DNA of 64,000 nucleotides from Candidatus Poribacteria bacterium (GCA_965198175.1 OZ240245.1:1952001-2016000); one strand, 5' to 3'. Shown: positions 49,936 to 60,582, numbered from the stretch's first letter. Notes: generated by a model not told the origin, from the sequence alone. Program-made: numbers and translations.

Positions 49936-50604
49936 TTACTCCTTTGTTATTTGTTCGTGCTCAACGTACACACACTCCGGGGTAACGTTGGTCACCCAAA
50001 CCGTATCCCCTTTCTCAAACTGGGTATTTGGTTCGGCAGCCAGCGCGTATTGTTCGGTCACATTCATACCGACCCGCACCCGCACTTTGCCCATCGTGTC
50101 GTGTGTTAGTGGAACGATAACCGTTGCTTGCTGGAAATACAGTTCTTCTGATTGTAGGGATGAATCCGTATCGGTGCGCTGGAAACGGAAGAACGCTCGT
50201 GCCAACACAAAGGCAGCCATCCCAGCTGGCACCGCCCAGATTAGACTCTTTCCCGCACTATTTCCCATTGCGATAGCTGCCCAGCCAGTAGGTCCAAAAC
50301 CGAGACAGAAATAGACGAGGCTGCGCAGATAAGAGAGCACAGACAGTACAGCTACCCTGCCGGTTGGGTGAGTGATGTCCGCGGGTGCTGTTTGCCCGGT
50401 GTGAGCATCATCTGGCGGGAAATCGCTGTCGAAGTTCATATTTCCGTGCTCAACTTCGCTTCCTTGCACATCGCCTGCATCGTGCCCGTCCGCAATGTCC
50501 TCACCACCATCTTGACTTCCACTTAGAAATCCAAGGAAATCAAGGACTGTAATACTCACGGAAAACAGGGTACAACCGATGTAAACGCTATTTAGCCAGA
50601 CCAT
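49936..50604 (-). CDS. NfeD-like membrane protein (C-terminal OB fold)
   Basis: Three TM segments, acidic linker, ATVIVP....GKVRV...GDTV.V; upstream of flotillins. Confidence 0.78.
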   Translation of the reverse strand: MVWLNSVYIGCTLFSVSITVLDFLGFLSGSQDGGEDIADGHDAGDVQGSEVEHGNMNFDSDFPPDDAHTGQTAPADITHPTGRVAVLSVLSYLRSLVYFCLGFGPTGWAAIAMGNSAGKSLIWAVPAGMAAFVLARAFFRFQRTDTDSSLQSEELYFQQATVIVPLTHDTMGKVRVRVGMNVTEQYALAAEPNTQFEKGDTVWVTNVTPECVYVEHEQITKE

Positions 50605-50749
50605 CGGACACCTCCTTGTAACGGGGAAGTTGGAGTGATGGGGGTAGATGCTTATGCTGCTCTCGGAATACCTTAATGGTTTGCAGTCCTGCTTTGTATC
50701 AGCCAGTAACTTTGACTACTGAGCACCACTCATGATATCCATCGAGGCA

Positions 50750-50778
50750 AGATTAACACAAGAATCTAAATGTGTCAA
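50750..50778 (-). promoter_or_regulatory. Sigma70-type promoter of the NfeD-flotillin operon
   Basis: TTGACA, 17 bp spacer, TAATCT on the minus strand. Confidence 0.55.
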
Positions 50779-50956
50779 GCATTCTAAGGCGATGCAGCGC
50801 ACGATTTTACCACCCTATAGGGTTGTGGGGTCTTGTGGCAACGGGGATAAGGGAAGGTAGGAGAGAAGAGAGGGAATAGCAGAGGCATATTGATGTATAC
50901 CCCTGAAAAAGAGAGATTGCTTATCACGAGTCGAATTTTATACTTTTCGAGCGATT

Positions 50957-53593
50957 TCACACCTCATCTTTGATAGCGGCTTGTGCCGCCGCGAGGCGTG
51001 CAATCGGAACTCGAAACGGCGAACAACTGACATAATCCAACCCTAAACGATGGCAGAACTCCACTGAACTCGGTTCGCCGGCGTGTTCGCCGCAGATACC
51101 GATCTTGAGACCCGGGCGGGTTTGACGTCCCCGATCTGTGCCAATTTGCACGAGCTGACCCACGCCATCCTGATCGAGGATCTGGAACGGATCGTCTTCA
51201 AAGATGCCGCTCTCAACGTAATGCTCCAGAAATTTACCGGCATCATCTCGACTCAGCCCGAATGTGTTTTGCGTGAGATCGTTTGTCCCGAAGGAGAAGA
51301 ACTCCGCTGCTTCTGCGATTTCGTCGCCTGTTAAGGCAGCTCTCGGCAGCTCAATCATTGTGCCAACGAGGTATTTGACTCTGACGCCACTTCCTTTGAA
51401 TACCACTTCAGCGGTATCAATGACAATTTGGCGTTGCAACGCCAACTCTTTGACATGTCCAACTAAGGGGATCATGATCTCAGGGATGGCTTTAATCCCA
51501 CGTTTGGTTGCATCCACGGCAGCTTCAAAGATGGCACGCACCTGCATTTCCGTAATTTCTGGATAGACAATACCCAGACGACAACCACGGTGCCCCAGCA
51601 TCGGGTTTGTCTCTCGCAGCGATTCCACTTGCTTGCGCAGTGTTTCGGGGGAACAGCCGATTTTATCCGCAAGCGCTTGAATCTCCTCATCGGCATGCGG
51701 CAGAAATTCATGAAGCGGCGGGTCAAGGGTTCGGATTGTGACGGGATAGCCGTCTATTGCCTCAAAAATGCCGATGAAATCCTCCAATTGGTATGGAAGC
51801 AGCTTCGCCAATGCGCGTTTTCGCCCTTTCTCATTTCGTGCGAGAATCATTTCGCGCATCGCATCAATTCGATCTCCCTCAAAGAACATATGCTCTGTAC
51901 GGCAAAGCCCGATACCTTCTGCACCAAATTCTCTTGCCTTCTGTGCGTCCGACGGTGTATCGGCATTTGTACGAACACCAAGTTTCCTAAATTCATCCGC
52001 CCATTCCATGAGGGTCGCAAATTCATCGCTCAATGTGGGTTCAATCAAATCGACTGCCCCGGCAATAACTTCACCCGTTGACCCATTAAGCGTAATATAG
52101 TCGCCTTCCGCGAACCACAGTGTATCAACGTTAAATTCTTTCTTCGCCTGATTGACGACAATAGCGCTGCACCCAGCAACACAGCATTTTCCCATACCGC
52201 GTGCGACGACAGCGGCATGAGACGTCATTCCCCCGCGTGATGTCAGAATGCCCGCCGCCGCATACATTCCGCCGATGTCCTCTGGGGAAGTCTCTGTTCG
52301 CACTAGGATAACGTCCTCACCTTCGTGAGCCAGTTCCTCGGCGCGATTCGCAGTGAAAACGACTTTGCCGACAGCAGCCCCGGGAGAGGCGGGCAGTCCT
52401 TTCGCAATCACGTCAACGGTTGCATTGGGATCAATCATTGAATGCAACAGTTGGTCGAGATCGTTCGGTGGAACACGCATCACAGCGGTCGCCTTATCAA
52501 TGAGTCCTTCATTGACCATTTCAACAGCGATACGCACAGCTGCATGCCCCGTTCGTTTGCCTGCTCGGGTCTGAAGCATAAAGAGGCGTCCTTCTTGAAT
52601 GGTGAACTCCAGGTCCTGCATATCGCGATAGTGCGTTTCAAGCCTACCCCCAGTTTCCACCAGTTGATTGTATGCCTCTGGCAGAGTGTTGTGGAGGTCG
52701 TCAATGGGGAGCGGCGTGCGGATGCCAGCGACGACATCTTCGCCCTGCGCATTCATTAAAAACTCGCCGTAGAAGCGATTTTCCCCTGTTGATGGATTGC
52801 GCGTAAACGCAACGCCAGTCGCTGAATTTGCACCCAAGTTTCCAAAGACCATCGCTTGAACATTGACAGCGGTCTGTCCTTGATCGTCGGGGATGTTGTT
52901 CAATCGACGGTAGATAATCGCCCGTTCATTATTTGACGATTCAAACACAGCGTCACGAGCCATATCCAACTGCTGACGCACGTCTTCTGGAAAATCCGCG
53001 CCTGTCACCCGTTTGATAGCCGATCTGTACTCCGAAATGAGCTCTCTGAGATCTCGCGCCTCTAATTCGCTATCCAGTTTAACGCTCCTTGCCTCCTTCT
53101 TGGCTTCCAACAGATGCTCAAACGTATCGTGTGCCACATTGAGGACGACATTGCCAAACATCTGTACAAACCGGCGATAAGCGTCGTAAGCGAAACGATC
53201 GGAGCCCGATTTGGCAATCAAGCCCTCGACCGTGTCATCGTTCAAGCCAAGGTTGAGAATCGTGTCCATCATGCCCGGCATCGAGATTGCGGCACCCGAT
53301 CTCACAGACACGAGCAATGGATTTTCTGGATCAGCGAACTTTGCCCCCATTGCAGCTTCGAGCTTTCGTAAATATTCATCAATCTGCTGCTCAAGCCCTT
53401 CTGGATAACCTTTATGATTGGGGTAATAGAATTTGCAGACTTCAGTGGATATGGTAAAACCGGGGGGGACTGGTATGCCTAAGTTTGTCATTTCCGCGAG
53501 GTTTGCACCCTTGCCGCCCAGCAGGGCTCTCATCTCAGCGCTTCCGTCGGCTTTCCCCTCACCGAAGAAATAAACATACTTGGGTTGAGACAT
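50957..53593 (-). CDS. ppdK: Pyruvate, phosphate dikinase
   Basis: LGGKGANLAEM, SVRSGA..SMPGMMDT, GGMTSHAAVVAR, SFGTNDLTQ, CGEH. Confidence 0.98.
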   Translation of the reverse strand: MSQPKYVYFFGEGKADGSAEMRALLGGKGANLAEMTNLGIPVPPGFTISTEVCKFYYPNHKGYPEGLEQQIDEYLRKLEAAMGAKFADPENPLLVSVRSGAAISMPGMMDTILNLGLNDDTVEGLIAKSGSDRFAYDAYRRFVQMFGNVVLNVAHDTFEHLLEAKKEARSVKLDSELEARDLRELISEYRSAIKRVTGADFPEDVRQQLDMARDAVFESSNNERAIIYRRLNNIPDDQGQTAVNVQAMVFGNLGANSATGVAFTRNPSTGENRFYGEFLMNAQGEDVVAGIRTPLPIDDLHNTLPEAYNQLVETGGRLETHYRDMQDLEFTIQEGRLFMLQTRAGKRTGHAAVRIAVEMVNEGLIDKATAVMRVPPNDLDQLLHSMIDPNATVDVIAKGLPASPGAAVGKVVFTANRAEELAHEGEDVILVRTETSPEDIGGMYAAAGILTSRGGMTSHAAVVARGMGKCCVAGCSAIVVNQAKKEFNVDTLWFAEGDYITLNGSTGEVIAGAVDLIEPTLSDEFATLMEWADEFRKLGVRTNADTPSDAQKAREFGAEGIGLCRTEHMFFEGDRIDAMREMILARNEKGRKRALAKLLPYQLEDFIGIFEAIDGYPVTIRTLDPPLHEFLPHADEEIQALADKIGCSPETLRKQVESLRETNPMLGHRGCRLGIVYPEITEMQVRAIFEAAVDATKRGIKAIPEIMIPLVGHVKELALQRQIVIDTAEVVFKGSGVRVKYLVGTMIELPRAALTGDEIAEAAEFFSFGTNDLTQNTFGLSRDDAGKFLEHYVESGIFEDDPFQILDQDGVGQLVQIGTDRGRQTRPGLKIGICGEHAGEPSSVEFCHRLGLDYVSCSPFRVPIARLAAAQAAIKDEV

Positions 53594-53660
53594 CTTAACC
53601 CCTCCTTTGAGACCTTTGGTATGTGCTGAACAATAGTTACCGCTGCAACTTTGAAAATCG

Positions 53661-53692
53661 AAAAAAGAAAATCCCTCCGTGTAGGGAGGGAT
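53661..53692 (-). terminator. Rho-independent terminator of the proteasome operon
   Basis: ATCCCTCC/GGAGGGAT stem followed by TTTCTTTTTT on the minus strand. Confidence 0.75.
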
Positions 53693-53729
53693 AATATAAA
53701 CTCAGATTGGAAGAGACCGCCATCCTAAT

Positions 53730-55088
53730 CTAAATCGAATAAATCATACGGCTTGCTTCCTCATATTCCGCCTGCAAGGGGTCCGTTGAAAGGAAGAGCT
53801 TTTGGTAGGGTTCGTATAGTTGAATATAGCTCCAGTTGACACCGCAGAGGATCTTCCTTTCATTCGCTAATTTTACAAAACGCCCCCGGAATTTTGCACG
53901 GGTGGTTTCAGGAGGATAGTGCATAGCATGCTCAATTTGCTTATCGGTAACGATTTGCTTAACGAGATCTTTTTTTTCAAGTTTATAATACAAACCGCGA
54001 TCCGGTCGGATATTGTGGTACTGTAAATCGAGCATCATGACCTTTGCAGAATCCCATTTAAGGCGGCGTTTGGCGACATAGGTTTCAATCAATTTCTTCT
54101 TGACGACCCAATCCACTTCCCGATCTAGTTGCATAGGATCTGTTTCCAAACAGGTCAGAATGTATTCCCAAGCCGCCATAATCTGGTTTGTGATGGGATC
54201 CGATTCTTCTTGCTCAAAATAGAGTTTAGCGCAATCGAGATACTCCCGTTGAAGTTCGACCGCCGAAAGTCGTTTGCCACTCTCCAGCTCAATCTGTTGG
54301 GTACACGTTGTATCCTCTGAGATTTGCTGAATCGCTTGAACAGAATCGCGCAAAGCCAAACGTCGTTTAATAAAATTGCCTTCAATCATCCGCAGGACGA
54401 TTGAAGTGGTTCCCACCTTTAGAAAGGTAGCGAATTCAGACATATTGGAATCGCCGACGATAACGTGCAACCGTCTGTATTTTTCCCGATCTGCGTGCGG
54501 TTCATCACGCGTATTAATGATACCCCGAGCTGTTGTCGTTGCAATTGAGATTTCCTCACGAATGTGCTGTGCCCGCTGAGAAATCACGTATTTGCCTCGG
54601 TTGGTCGGTTTAACTTTGCCAGCGCCAGCAAAAACTTGTCGAGTGACGAAGAACGGAATCAGTTGTGAAGCAAGTTGACGGAAGCTGACGTGCCGTTCCA
54701 TTAGGTAGTTTTCGTGACAACCGTAGGTGTTGCCGGGGGTATCCGTGTTATTCTTGAAAACTGAGATTCTCCCAAGGAACCCATCCAATCGCATCTTACG
54801 CTCTGCAGAAACGGATAGCCGTTCAATAATCCGCTCACCAGCTTTATCATGAATCACAACATCTAATACGCTGTCGCATTCGGGGGTTGCATATTCCGGG
54901 TGGCAACCAATATCCTGATAAAATCGAGCCCCATTTTCCAGAAAAACATCCGGATACATTCTGCCTGAAATAATTTCACGGAAGAGATACATCACCGCAT
55001 TCTGAATCGATAGAGCTTTTCCACCTCGTCGATCGGATGTGCAAATAATCCCGTATTCATTTTCTAGTCCATAAATTCTACGTTTCAT
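53730..55088 (-). CDS. pafA: Pup--protein ligase
   Basis: RRIYGLENEYG, NGARFYQD.G.HPEYATPE, YGCHENY, TRDEPHAD, RRLHVIVGD. Confidence 0.93.
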   Translation of the reverse strand: MKRRIYGLENEYGIICTSDRRGGKALSIQNAVMYLFREIISGRMYPDVFLENGARFYQDIGCHPEYATPECDSVLDVVIHDKAGERIIERLSVSAERKMRLDGFLGRISVFKNNTDTPGNTYGCHENYLMERHVSFRQLASQLIPFFVTRQVFAGAGKVKPTNRGKYVISQRAQHIREEISIATTTARGIINTRDEPHADREKYRRLHVIVGDSNMSEFATFLKVGTTSIVLRMIEGNFIKRRLALRDSVQAIQQISEDTTCTQQIELESGKRLSAVELQREYLDCAKLYFEQEESDPITNQIMAAWEYILTCLETDPMQLDREVDWVVKKKLIETYVAKRRLKWDSAKVMMLDLQYHNIRPDRGLYYKLEKKDLVKQIVTDKQIEHAMHYPPETTRAKFRGRFVKLANERKILCGVNWSYIQLYEPYQKLFLSTDPLQAEYEEASRMIYSI

Positions 55089-55804
55089 GGTTCTATAATC
55101 TCTCTGAGTTCATTGGGGAGGAGACGCCTGAATTTGCGTCTGTTTCTGTTTTCATCAAGGATAGCGACTTCTAGTGTGTCAGCCGAAATGTGATATCTCT
55201 CTTCCTCATCGGCCTTCGCCTCAACGGTTTTAAAGCCTTTCACAGCAAGCTTCACCGCTTCCTTCAACTCCAATCCATCTTCGTACTCGCGCTCAAGAAT
55301 CTCCGCAATTTCATCCGATCGCCCTCCAATAATCGCGTACTTCTGTTCTTCCCAAAAAGTGCCGTCAAACGAAAGCTGGTAGATTCTGTGACTCAATTCA
55401 GGGTCCGATCGAAGTTCGCAAAGAAGAAGTTCGACTTCAAATGGTTTGGTATCTAGTTGCCAGAAAATTGCTCCAATCCGCTGTGAGAAGATATTGTTAG
55501 TCAACCATTTCGCAGTGACATCTGCACGATTGAACGTATAACCCTTGATTTCTGCTTCTTGGATGCCAAGGTATCGTAGGGCTTCATATTCTGCGATACG
55601 GCCGGTAGCGGCGAGGGCAATTCGATCATAAATTTCCGAAATCTTGAAGAGTGTCGTCAGCGGGTTTTCCGCAACCATCACAATCCCATTTTGGTATTCT
55701 AGAACAATAACCTCTTTGGCTCTTTCGATGCCTGTACGGACAAAATCTGCTTTGTCCTGCATGATTTGTTCCGGCGACACATAATAAGGTGCGGACATCA
55801 ACAC
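55085..55804 (-). CDS. prcA: 20S proteasome alpha subunit
   Basis: PYYVSPEQ.M.DKADF.R.GI, KISEIYDRIA, KPFEVE, LEVAILD..R.RRKFRR. Confidence 0.95.
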   Translation of the reverse strand: MLMSAPYYVSPEQIMQDKADFVRTGIERAKEVIVLEYQNGIVMVAENPLTTLFKISEIYDRIALAATGRIAEYEALRYLGIQEAEIKGYTFNRADVTAKWLTNNIFSQRIGAIFWQLDTKPFEVELLLCELRSDPELSHRIYQLSFDGTFWEEQKYAIIGGRSDEIAEILEREYEDGLELKEAVKLAVKGFKTVEAKADEEERYHISADTLEVAILDENRNRRKFRRLLPNELREIIEP

Positions 55805-55813
55805 TCCTTCTCG

Positions 55814-56632
55814 TTACATCTCTCTGAGGTTTTCAATTAACTCAACGTAGAGCCCCTTGACCTCTGAATCCGCAACGTCTGAAACGCCCGTTTCATCGAT
55901 GCTTTTGATTGTTGGGAAGATTCCACGAATCAAATCCGGCCCCCCTGTCCCCAAGTCCTCATCGGCAGCATCCCAAAGGGCTTCAACAACGACCTTCAAA
56001 ATCTCCTCACGGGACATATCCCTACAGTAGCGTTTTTTTAAGGTTGTCTGTGCATCCTTGCCGCCGGATCCAATAGCGTGATAATCCGCTTCTTCATATC
56101 GCCCACCGGTAACATCATATTTGTAAATTCTGGCTTGTTTCTCCTTCGAATCATAACCGGCAAAGATTGGGATGACATATAATCCCTGCAGCGCCATACC
56201 AAGATTCAATTTCACCATGTTTGACAAATGATTTGCCTTGCCTTCCAAACTCAGGGCTGTACCTTCTATTTTTTCGTAAAACTCAACCTGAACTTGGAAC
56301 AGTTCTGCCATTTCAATACATGGTCCAGCGACGCCGGCAATAGCAATTGCTGAATGGCCATCTACTTCATAAACTTTCTGGATGCGTCGTTCACCTACTT
56401 GAAACCCTTCTACGGCTTGGCGATCGCCGGCGATTACCACTCCCTCGTTATAAACAGCTGCTAACACCGTTGTGCCCTTGAGGGGATCGAGCGAAGAAGC
56501 ATGATGCTGCGCGTTCGGTAAAGACACAACAGGTAACGCCTCTGTACTGAATGCTCCATAGAGTTCAGGACGTCTCCGTTTGAGGATCTCAAGGAAATCG
56601 GAGTTTCCGAAGTCTGCCACATCTAGCAGCAC
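55814..56632 (-). CDS. prcB: 20S proteasome beta subunit with propeptide
   Basis: 53-aa propeptide then G|TT nucleophile, AGDR.A, SLEGKAN.L, GSGG, DAADED..TGGPD. Confidence 0.95.
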   Translation of the reverse strand: MLLDVADFGNSDFLEILKRRRPELYGAFSTEALPVVSLPNAQHHASSLDPLKGTTVLAAVYNEGVVIAGDRQAVEGFQVGERRIQKVYEVDGHSAIAIAGVAGPCIEMAELFQVQVEFYEKIEGTALSLEGKANHLSNMVKLNLGMALQGLYVIPIFAGYDSKEKQARIYKYDVTGGRYEEADYHAIGSGGKDAQTTLKKRYCRDMSREEILKVVVEALWDAADEDLGTGGPDLIRGIFPTIKSIDETGVSDVADSEVKGLYVELIENLREM

Positions 56633-56829
56633 TACTGCCCTCCTCTTTGAATATAATTCTCAACAAATTCTTCTGAATCTTCTTCTAGAATTTCGTCAAT
56701 TTCGTCGAGAAGTTGCTCAAGATCTTCTTTGATTTCCTCGCCCTGTTCAGTAACTTCCGGATCAGGTTGGATTTCCTCAGCATCTTCAGTCCATTTATCT
56801 TTGTGTTCTTGCTGTTTTTCGGACGGCAT
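56632..56829 (-). CDS. pup: Prokaryotic ubiquitin-like protein Pup
   Basis: 65 aa, acidic; LLDEIDEILEE..EEFV..YIQRGGQ; stop overlaps prcB start. Confidence 0.93.
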   Translation of the reverse strand: MPSEKQQEHKDKWTEDAEEIQPDPEVTEQGEEIKEDLEQLLDEIDEILEEDSEEFVENYIQRGGQ

Positions 56830-56844
56830 TAATCTCCCCTCCTT

Positions 56845-58341
56845 TTAGAAATTGTTGTTAGAGCCAAGAATTGCATGAACAAGTTCGGATGCCGTACAGG
56901 TTCTCAAGAGATCGCCGACAATTTCGTGAGTGCCAAAGTGTGGGCGGTCCATTAAGACCTTATCTAAAGAAGAACCATCAAGAGAAAAAATCATCGAATT
57001 CCAACTCGCGCTGTGAATTTCGTGGGGGTATTTTTGTAAACACATACCCCGAAAATAGGCGCGTGTATCAACCGGCGGATGGGTGACAGCGTTAACAATT
57101 TCCTCTTGATCGAGTATTCGTTCTACCCGCCCATTTTTGAGTAGCCTAACATAGAGCCCCTTGTTTGGTCGTATATCGTGGTACTGCAAATCCATCATCC
57201 GGACGCGGGGGTGCGCCCAACTGACACCGTGACGCCGGATATAGGCGTTGATGAGATTTTGCTTAATCACCCAATCAAGATGCCGATCTAGATGCATCGG
57301 ATTAACGTCGAGCTGATCGAGAACAAACGCCCATTTTTCCATCACATCCTTCATCCCAGGCGTCAAATCCACCTTAGGAATATGCTTATGAGCTAGTTCA
57401 AGATACGCCCGCTGCACTTCGATCGGTGTCCACCTACGCCCATCTTCCAAATCGAGAGGATTTTTACATGTCAAATCTCGTGACACAGTTTTGATTGCAG
57501 CAACAGGGTCTGAGAGTTTGAAGTCATCTCCGACAACACCCATCTCAATTAGCTTCAGGGCAATTGATGTGATTCCAACTTTCAAATAGATGGTGAACTC
57601 GGACATATTGGAATCGCCAACAATAACATGCAAACGGCGGTATAGTTTTTCATCGGCGTGGGGTTCATCGCGTGTGTTGATGATTGGACGAGCCACCATA
57701 GTGCTCAACCCCACTTCCGTTTCAAAGAAATCTGCACGCTGAGAGATTTGATAATCCGTTTCCGCCGTCCCGTTCTCGGCGCCAACTTTGCCACTGCCTG
57801 TGATAGTTTGCCGCGTGACTAGAAAAGGCGTCAACCCATCAACGATGTCCTGAAAGGGTATACTCCGATTCATCAGGTAGTTTTCATGACTGCCGTAGCT
57901 ATGCCCTTTATAGTCGCTGTTATTCTTATAAATAATGATGTCCTGGTTCGCGGGCAATAGCTCTTCTGCAGCCATGCGACTTAAATCCAATATCAACTCT
58001 CCAGCCTTTTCATATTTCACAAGATCCCGGGCGTTTGTACATTCAGGCGTGCAATATTCCGGATGGGCGTGGTCAACATAGTATCGCCCGCCGTTGATAA
58101 GTATATCGTTGATGAGGCTGTTGTTCTCTTGATCGGGAGAATTAATTTCCCCCTCAGATATGAACCCCCTCGCATCCATCAATGGATTTTCCTGCTCATA
58201 ATCCCATGTGATTCCCTTCAGCCCTCGATCTTTATAGATATTTACGATGAGTGTCGAAGCCGCAACCGGATCTTGATCGCGCGCATTTTTTACCGAGATA
58301 CCATACTCGGTTTCGGTTCCAAAGATCGTCGGTGTTGTCAT
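56845..58341 (-). CDS. dop: Pup deamidase/depupylase
   Basis: GTETEYGI, NGGRYYVDHAHPEY, YKNNSD.KG.SYG.HENY, SQRADFFE. Confidence 0.93.
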   Translation of the reverse strand: MTTPTIFGTETEYGISVKNARDQDPVAASTLIVNIYKDRGLKGITWDYEQENPLMDARGFISEGEINSPDQENNSLINDILINGGRYYVDHAHPEYCTPECTNARDLVKYEKAGELILDLSRMAAEELLPANQDIIIYKNNSDYKGHSYGSHENYLMNRSIPFQDIVDGLTPFLVTRQTITGSGKVGAENGTAETDYQISQRADFFETEVGLSTMVARPIINTRDEPHADEKLYRRLHVIVGDSNMSEFTIYLKVGITSIALKLIEMGVVGDDFKLSDPVAAIKTVSRDLTCKNPLDLEDGRRWTPIEVQRAYLELAHKHIPKVDLTPGMKDVMEKWAFVLDQLDVNPMHLDRHLDWVIKQNLINAYIRRHGVSWAHPRVRMMDLQYHDIRPNKGLYVRLLKNGRVERILDQEEIVNAVTHPPVDTRAYFRGMCLQKYPHEIHSASWNSMIFSLDGSSLDKVLMDRPHFGTHEIVGDLLRTCTASELVHAILGSNNNF

Positions 58342-58370
58342 AAGCTATTGAAAACAGATGATTGACAATT

Positions 58371-60173
58371 TTAAAGGTACGCACCACCTTTTACGACTCT
58401 CACATCTTTCCTCTTGCGATCCGGCTCGCTCATCAAAGCTCTAATATTGACAATCCGTTCGCCTTTTCGTCCTGATATCTTCGCCCAATCATCAGGATTC
58501 GTTGTGTTTGGTAAATCTTCGTTTTCCTTATATTCCTCTCGGATAGCTTGCTGGAGATCCTCAAGCGTGATACCTCTCTCCGCTTCATCGGAATTAATCA
58601 GGCGCTTGATCGCTATCTTTTTGCTGCGGGAAACAATGTTATCAATCATTGCACCGCTTACAAAATCTTTGAAATATAGTGTTTCGCGTTCACCACGCGC
58701 ATAAGTCACTTCGATGAATCTATTTTCTTCTGTTGCGGCGTACATCTCATCTACTGCTTGATTAATCATGTGCTGTATCGCTTCTTCCGGATTGTGCTCA
58801 AACTTCTCCAATTCAGACGGTGCAATGGGTAAGTCGGGGGTCAAGTATTTAGAGAAAATGTCCTTCGCGCCGTCTGCCGTGGGGCGGTCGATTTTGATCT
58901 TGATGTCCAATCTCCCAGGGCGTAAAACGGCGGGATCAAGAAGATCTTGTCGGTTACTGGCTCCAATTACAATCACATCATGCAATCCCTCGACACCATC
59001 GATCTCAGCGAGGAATGTTGGAACAACCGTCGACTCCATATCTGATGAGATACCCATCCCCCTTGATCGAAATAAAGAATCCATTTCATCAAAGAAAATG
59101 ATAACGGGCATCCCGTCTGTCGATTTTTCCTTGGCTTTCTGAAAAACTTCTCGAATCTTCCGCTCAGTCTCTCCAACATACTTATTGAGAAGCTCCGGAC
59201 CTTTGACATTTATAAAATAACCTCTGATATCATCTCGGCCTGTCTGTTGGCGCACCCGTTCCGCCAAATTATTGGCGATGGCTTTGGCAATTAAGGTTTT
59301 TCCACAGCCTGGCGGCCCATATAGCAGGATACCAACCGGGGAGGTTAAACGGAACTCCTTGTATTCATCCGGATACAAGTATGGCGTTTCAATCGCATCG
59401 CGAATTGATTCAATCTGTGGATTCAACCCACCAATATTTGCATACTTAATGTCCGGCACCTCTTCGAGTAATAGATCTTGCACCTCGGCTTTGGGAAGTT
59501 TCTCCATAACCATCCCGGTTATATGATTAAGCAGCACGTGATCGCCAGACCGAAGCGGCTCTGATTTTAGCAGATCGGAAATCTGAACAACCCGCTCTTC
59601 ATCCGCACGGAGATTCACAATTACACGGGTCTCATCAAGCATCTCCTTGACTTTGACCACCTCGCCTTGCTGGTCAAAATCCCTAACGGCAACGATGTTC
59701 ATAACACCGTTGACAATAACCTCTTGCCCTTTTTGAAGTTGCTCGGTGTTGATGTCCGGATCGACATTGACTTTCCATCTTTTGCCGGAGAGATCGATGT
59801 CAACTGTTCCGTCGTCATTGGATTGGAGAAATGCACCGTAGTTATTGGGGGGAGCGCTCAATTGTTCTACTTTTTCTTTCAGGTGCTCCAGTTTCTCCTT
59901 GGCTTCCTGAAGTGTGCTTGTCAATTTCCGATTTCGGCGGTGCGCCTGCATTAACTCGCGCGTCATTTCATAAAGCCGGATTTCGACATCGTCAGACGGG
60001 ACGGCATTTAACCGCCTTCTTAGACTATCGACTTCGCTTTCCAGAGATTCGACAGTGAACTGCAATTCACGAATCCGTGTTTCATACGAAACACGATCTG
60101 ATGAAGAAGGTGTCAGATCCAAAGTTTCCTGAATGTCTTCACGAGTTGTGGAACCTCTTTTTTTGGTAGCCAT
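58371..60173 (-). CDS. arc: Proteasomal AAA+ ATPase ARC/Mpa
   Basis: N-terminal coiled coil and OB region, YGPPGCGKT, KGPELLNKYVGE, FFDEMD, DLPNTTNPDDW, C-terminal GAYL. Confidence 0.96.
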   Translation of the reverse strand: MATKKRGSTTREDIQETLDLTPSSSDRVSYETRIRELQFTVESLESEVDSLRRRLNAVPSDDVEIRLYEMTRELMQAHRRNRKLTSTLQEAKEKLEHLKEKVEQLSAPPNNYGAFLQSNDDGTVDIDLSGKRWKVNVDPDINTEQLQKGQEVIVNGVMNIVAVRDFDQQGEVVKVKEMLDETRVIVNLRADEERVVQISDLLKSEPLRSGDHVLLNHITGMVMEKLPKAEVQDLLLEEVPDIKYANIGGLNPQIESIRDAIETPYLYPDEYKEFRLTSPVGILLYGPPGCGKTLIAKAIANNLAERVRQQTGRDDIRGYFINVKGPELLNKYVGETERKIREVFQKAKEKSTDGMPVIIFFDEMDSLFRSRGMGISSDMESTVVPTFLAEIDGVEGLHDVIVIGASNRQDLLDPAVLRPGRLDIKIKIDRPTADGAKDIFSKYLTPDLPIAPSELEKFEHNPEEAIQHMINQAVDEMYAATEENRFIEVTYARGERETLYFKDFVSGAMIDNIVSRSKKIAIKRLINSDEAERGITLEDLQQAIREEYKENEDLPNTTNPDDWAKISGRKGERIVNIRALMSEPDRKRKDVRVVKGGAYL

Positions 60174-60582
60174 AATAGTTACCCAACCTAATTTTTAGTA
60201 TTGCGATTAAGCTCATTAAGGGATGTCGCTAGCCGTTACAACTCTATCAGGTAAAATTGACACTCGCTATCTGATATTGCGCGTTTGCCCGTTGAACTGG
60301 GAGGAGGGAGTTTAGATTGGTAGGGCGTGCATTGAACATATCCAATTCTTCCTGTTCACTTACTTCTTAAAGATGTCTTATCAAAGCAACCAGACGGAAA
60401 ATACAACTTATGCTTGAAAATTTTCAGTAGCTAAAACTACCCACCATCCTCGACATTAGCATAATCCGTACCACGCCTAGTTGAACGTTTGCGTCAGGTT
60501 TTGTATCGAAACCGTGAAGCTTTGTCCTTCGGTGAGTGCAGCCAACAGCAGCTATCTTCCTAAAGGCTCCAAGGACAGTTAG

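Noticed and set aside
56632..56829. UBact instead of Pup
   Set aside because: The C-terminus is QRGGQ with the LLDEID...EEFV core of Pup, not R[ST]G[EQ].
60508..60546. c-di-GMP-II riboswitch-like words GAAACCGTGAAG...AGTGCAGCC
   Set aside because: Wrong strand relative to arc, too short, and lacks the GGGCAC pseudoknot partner.
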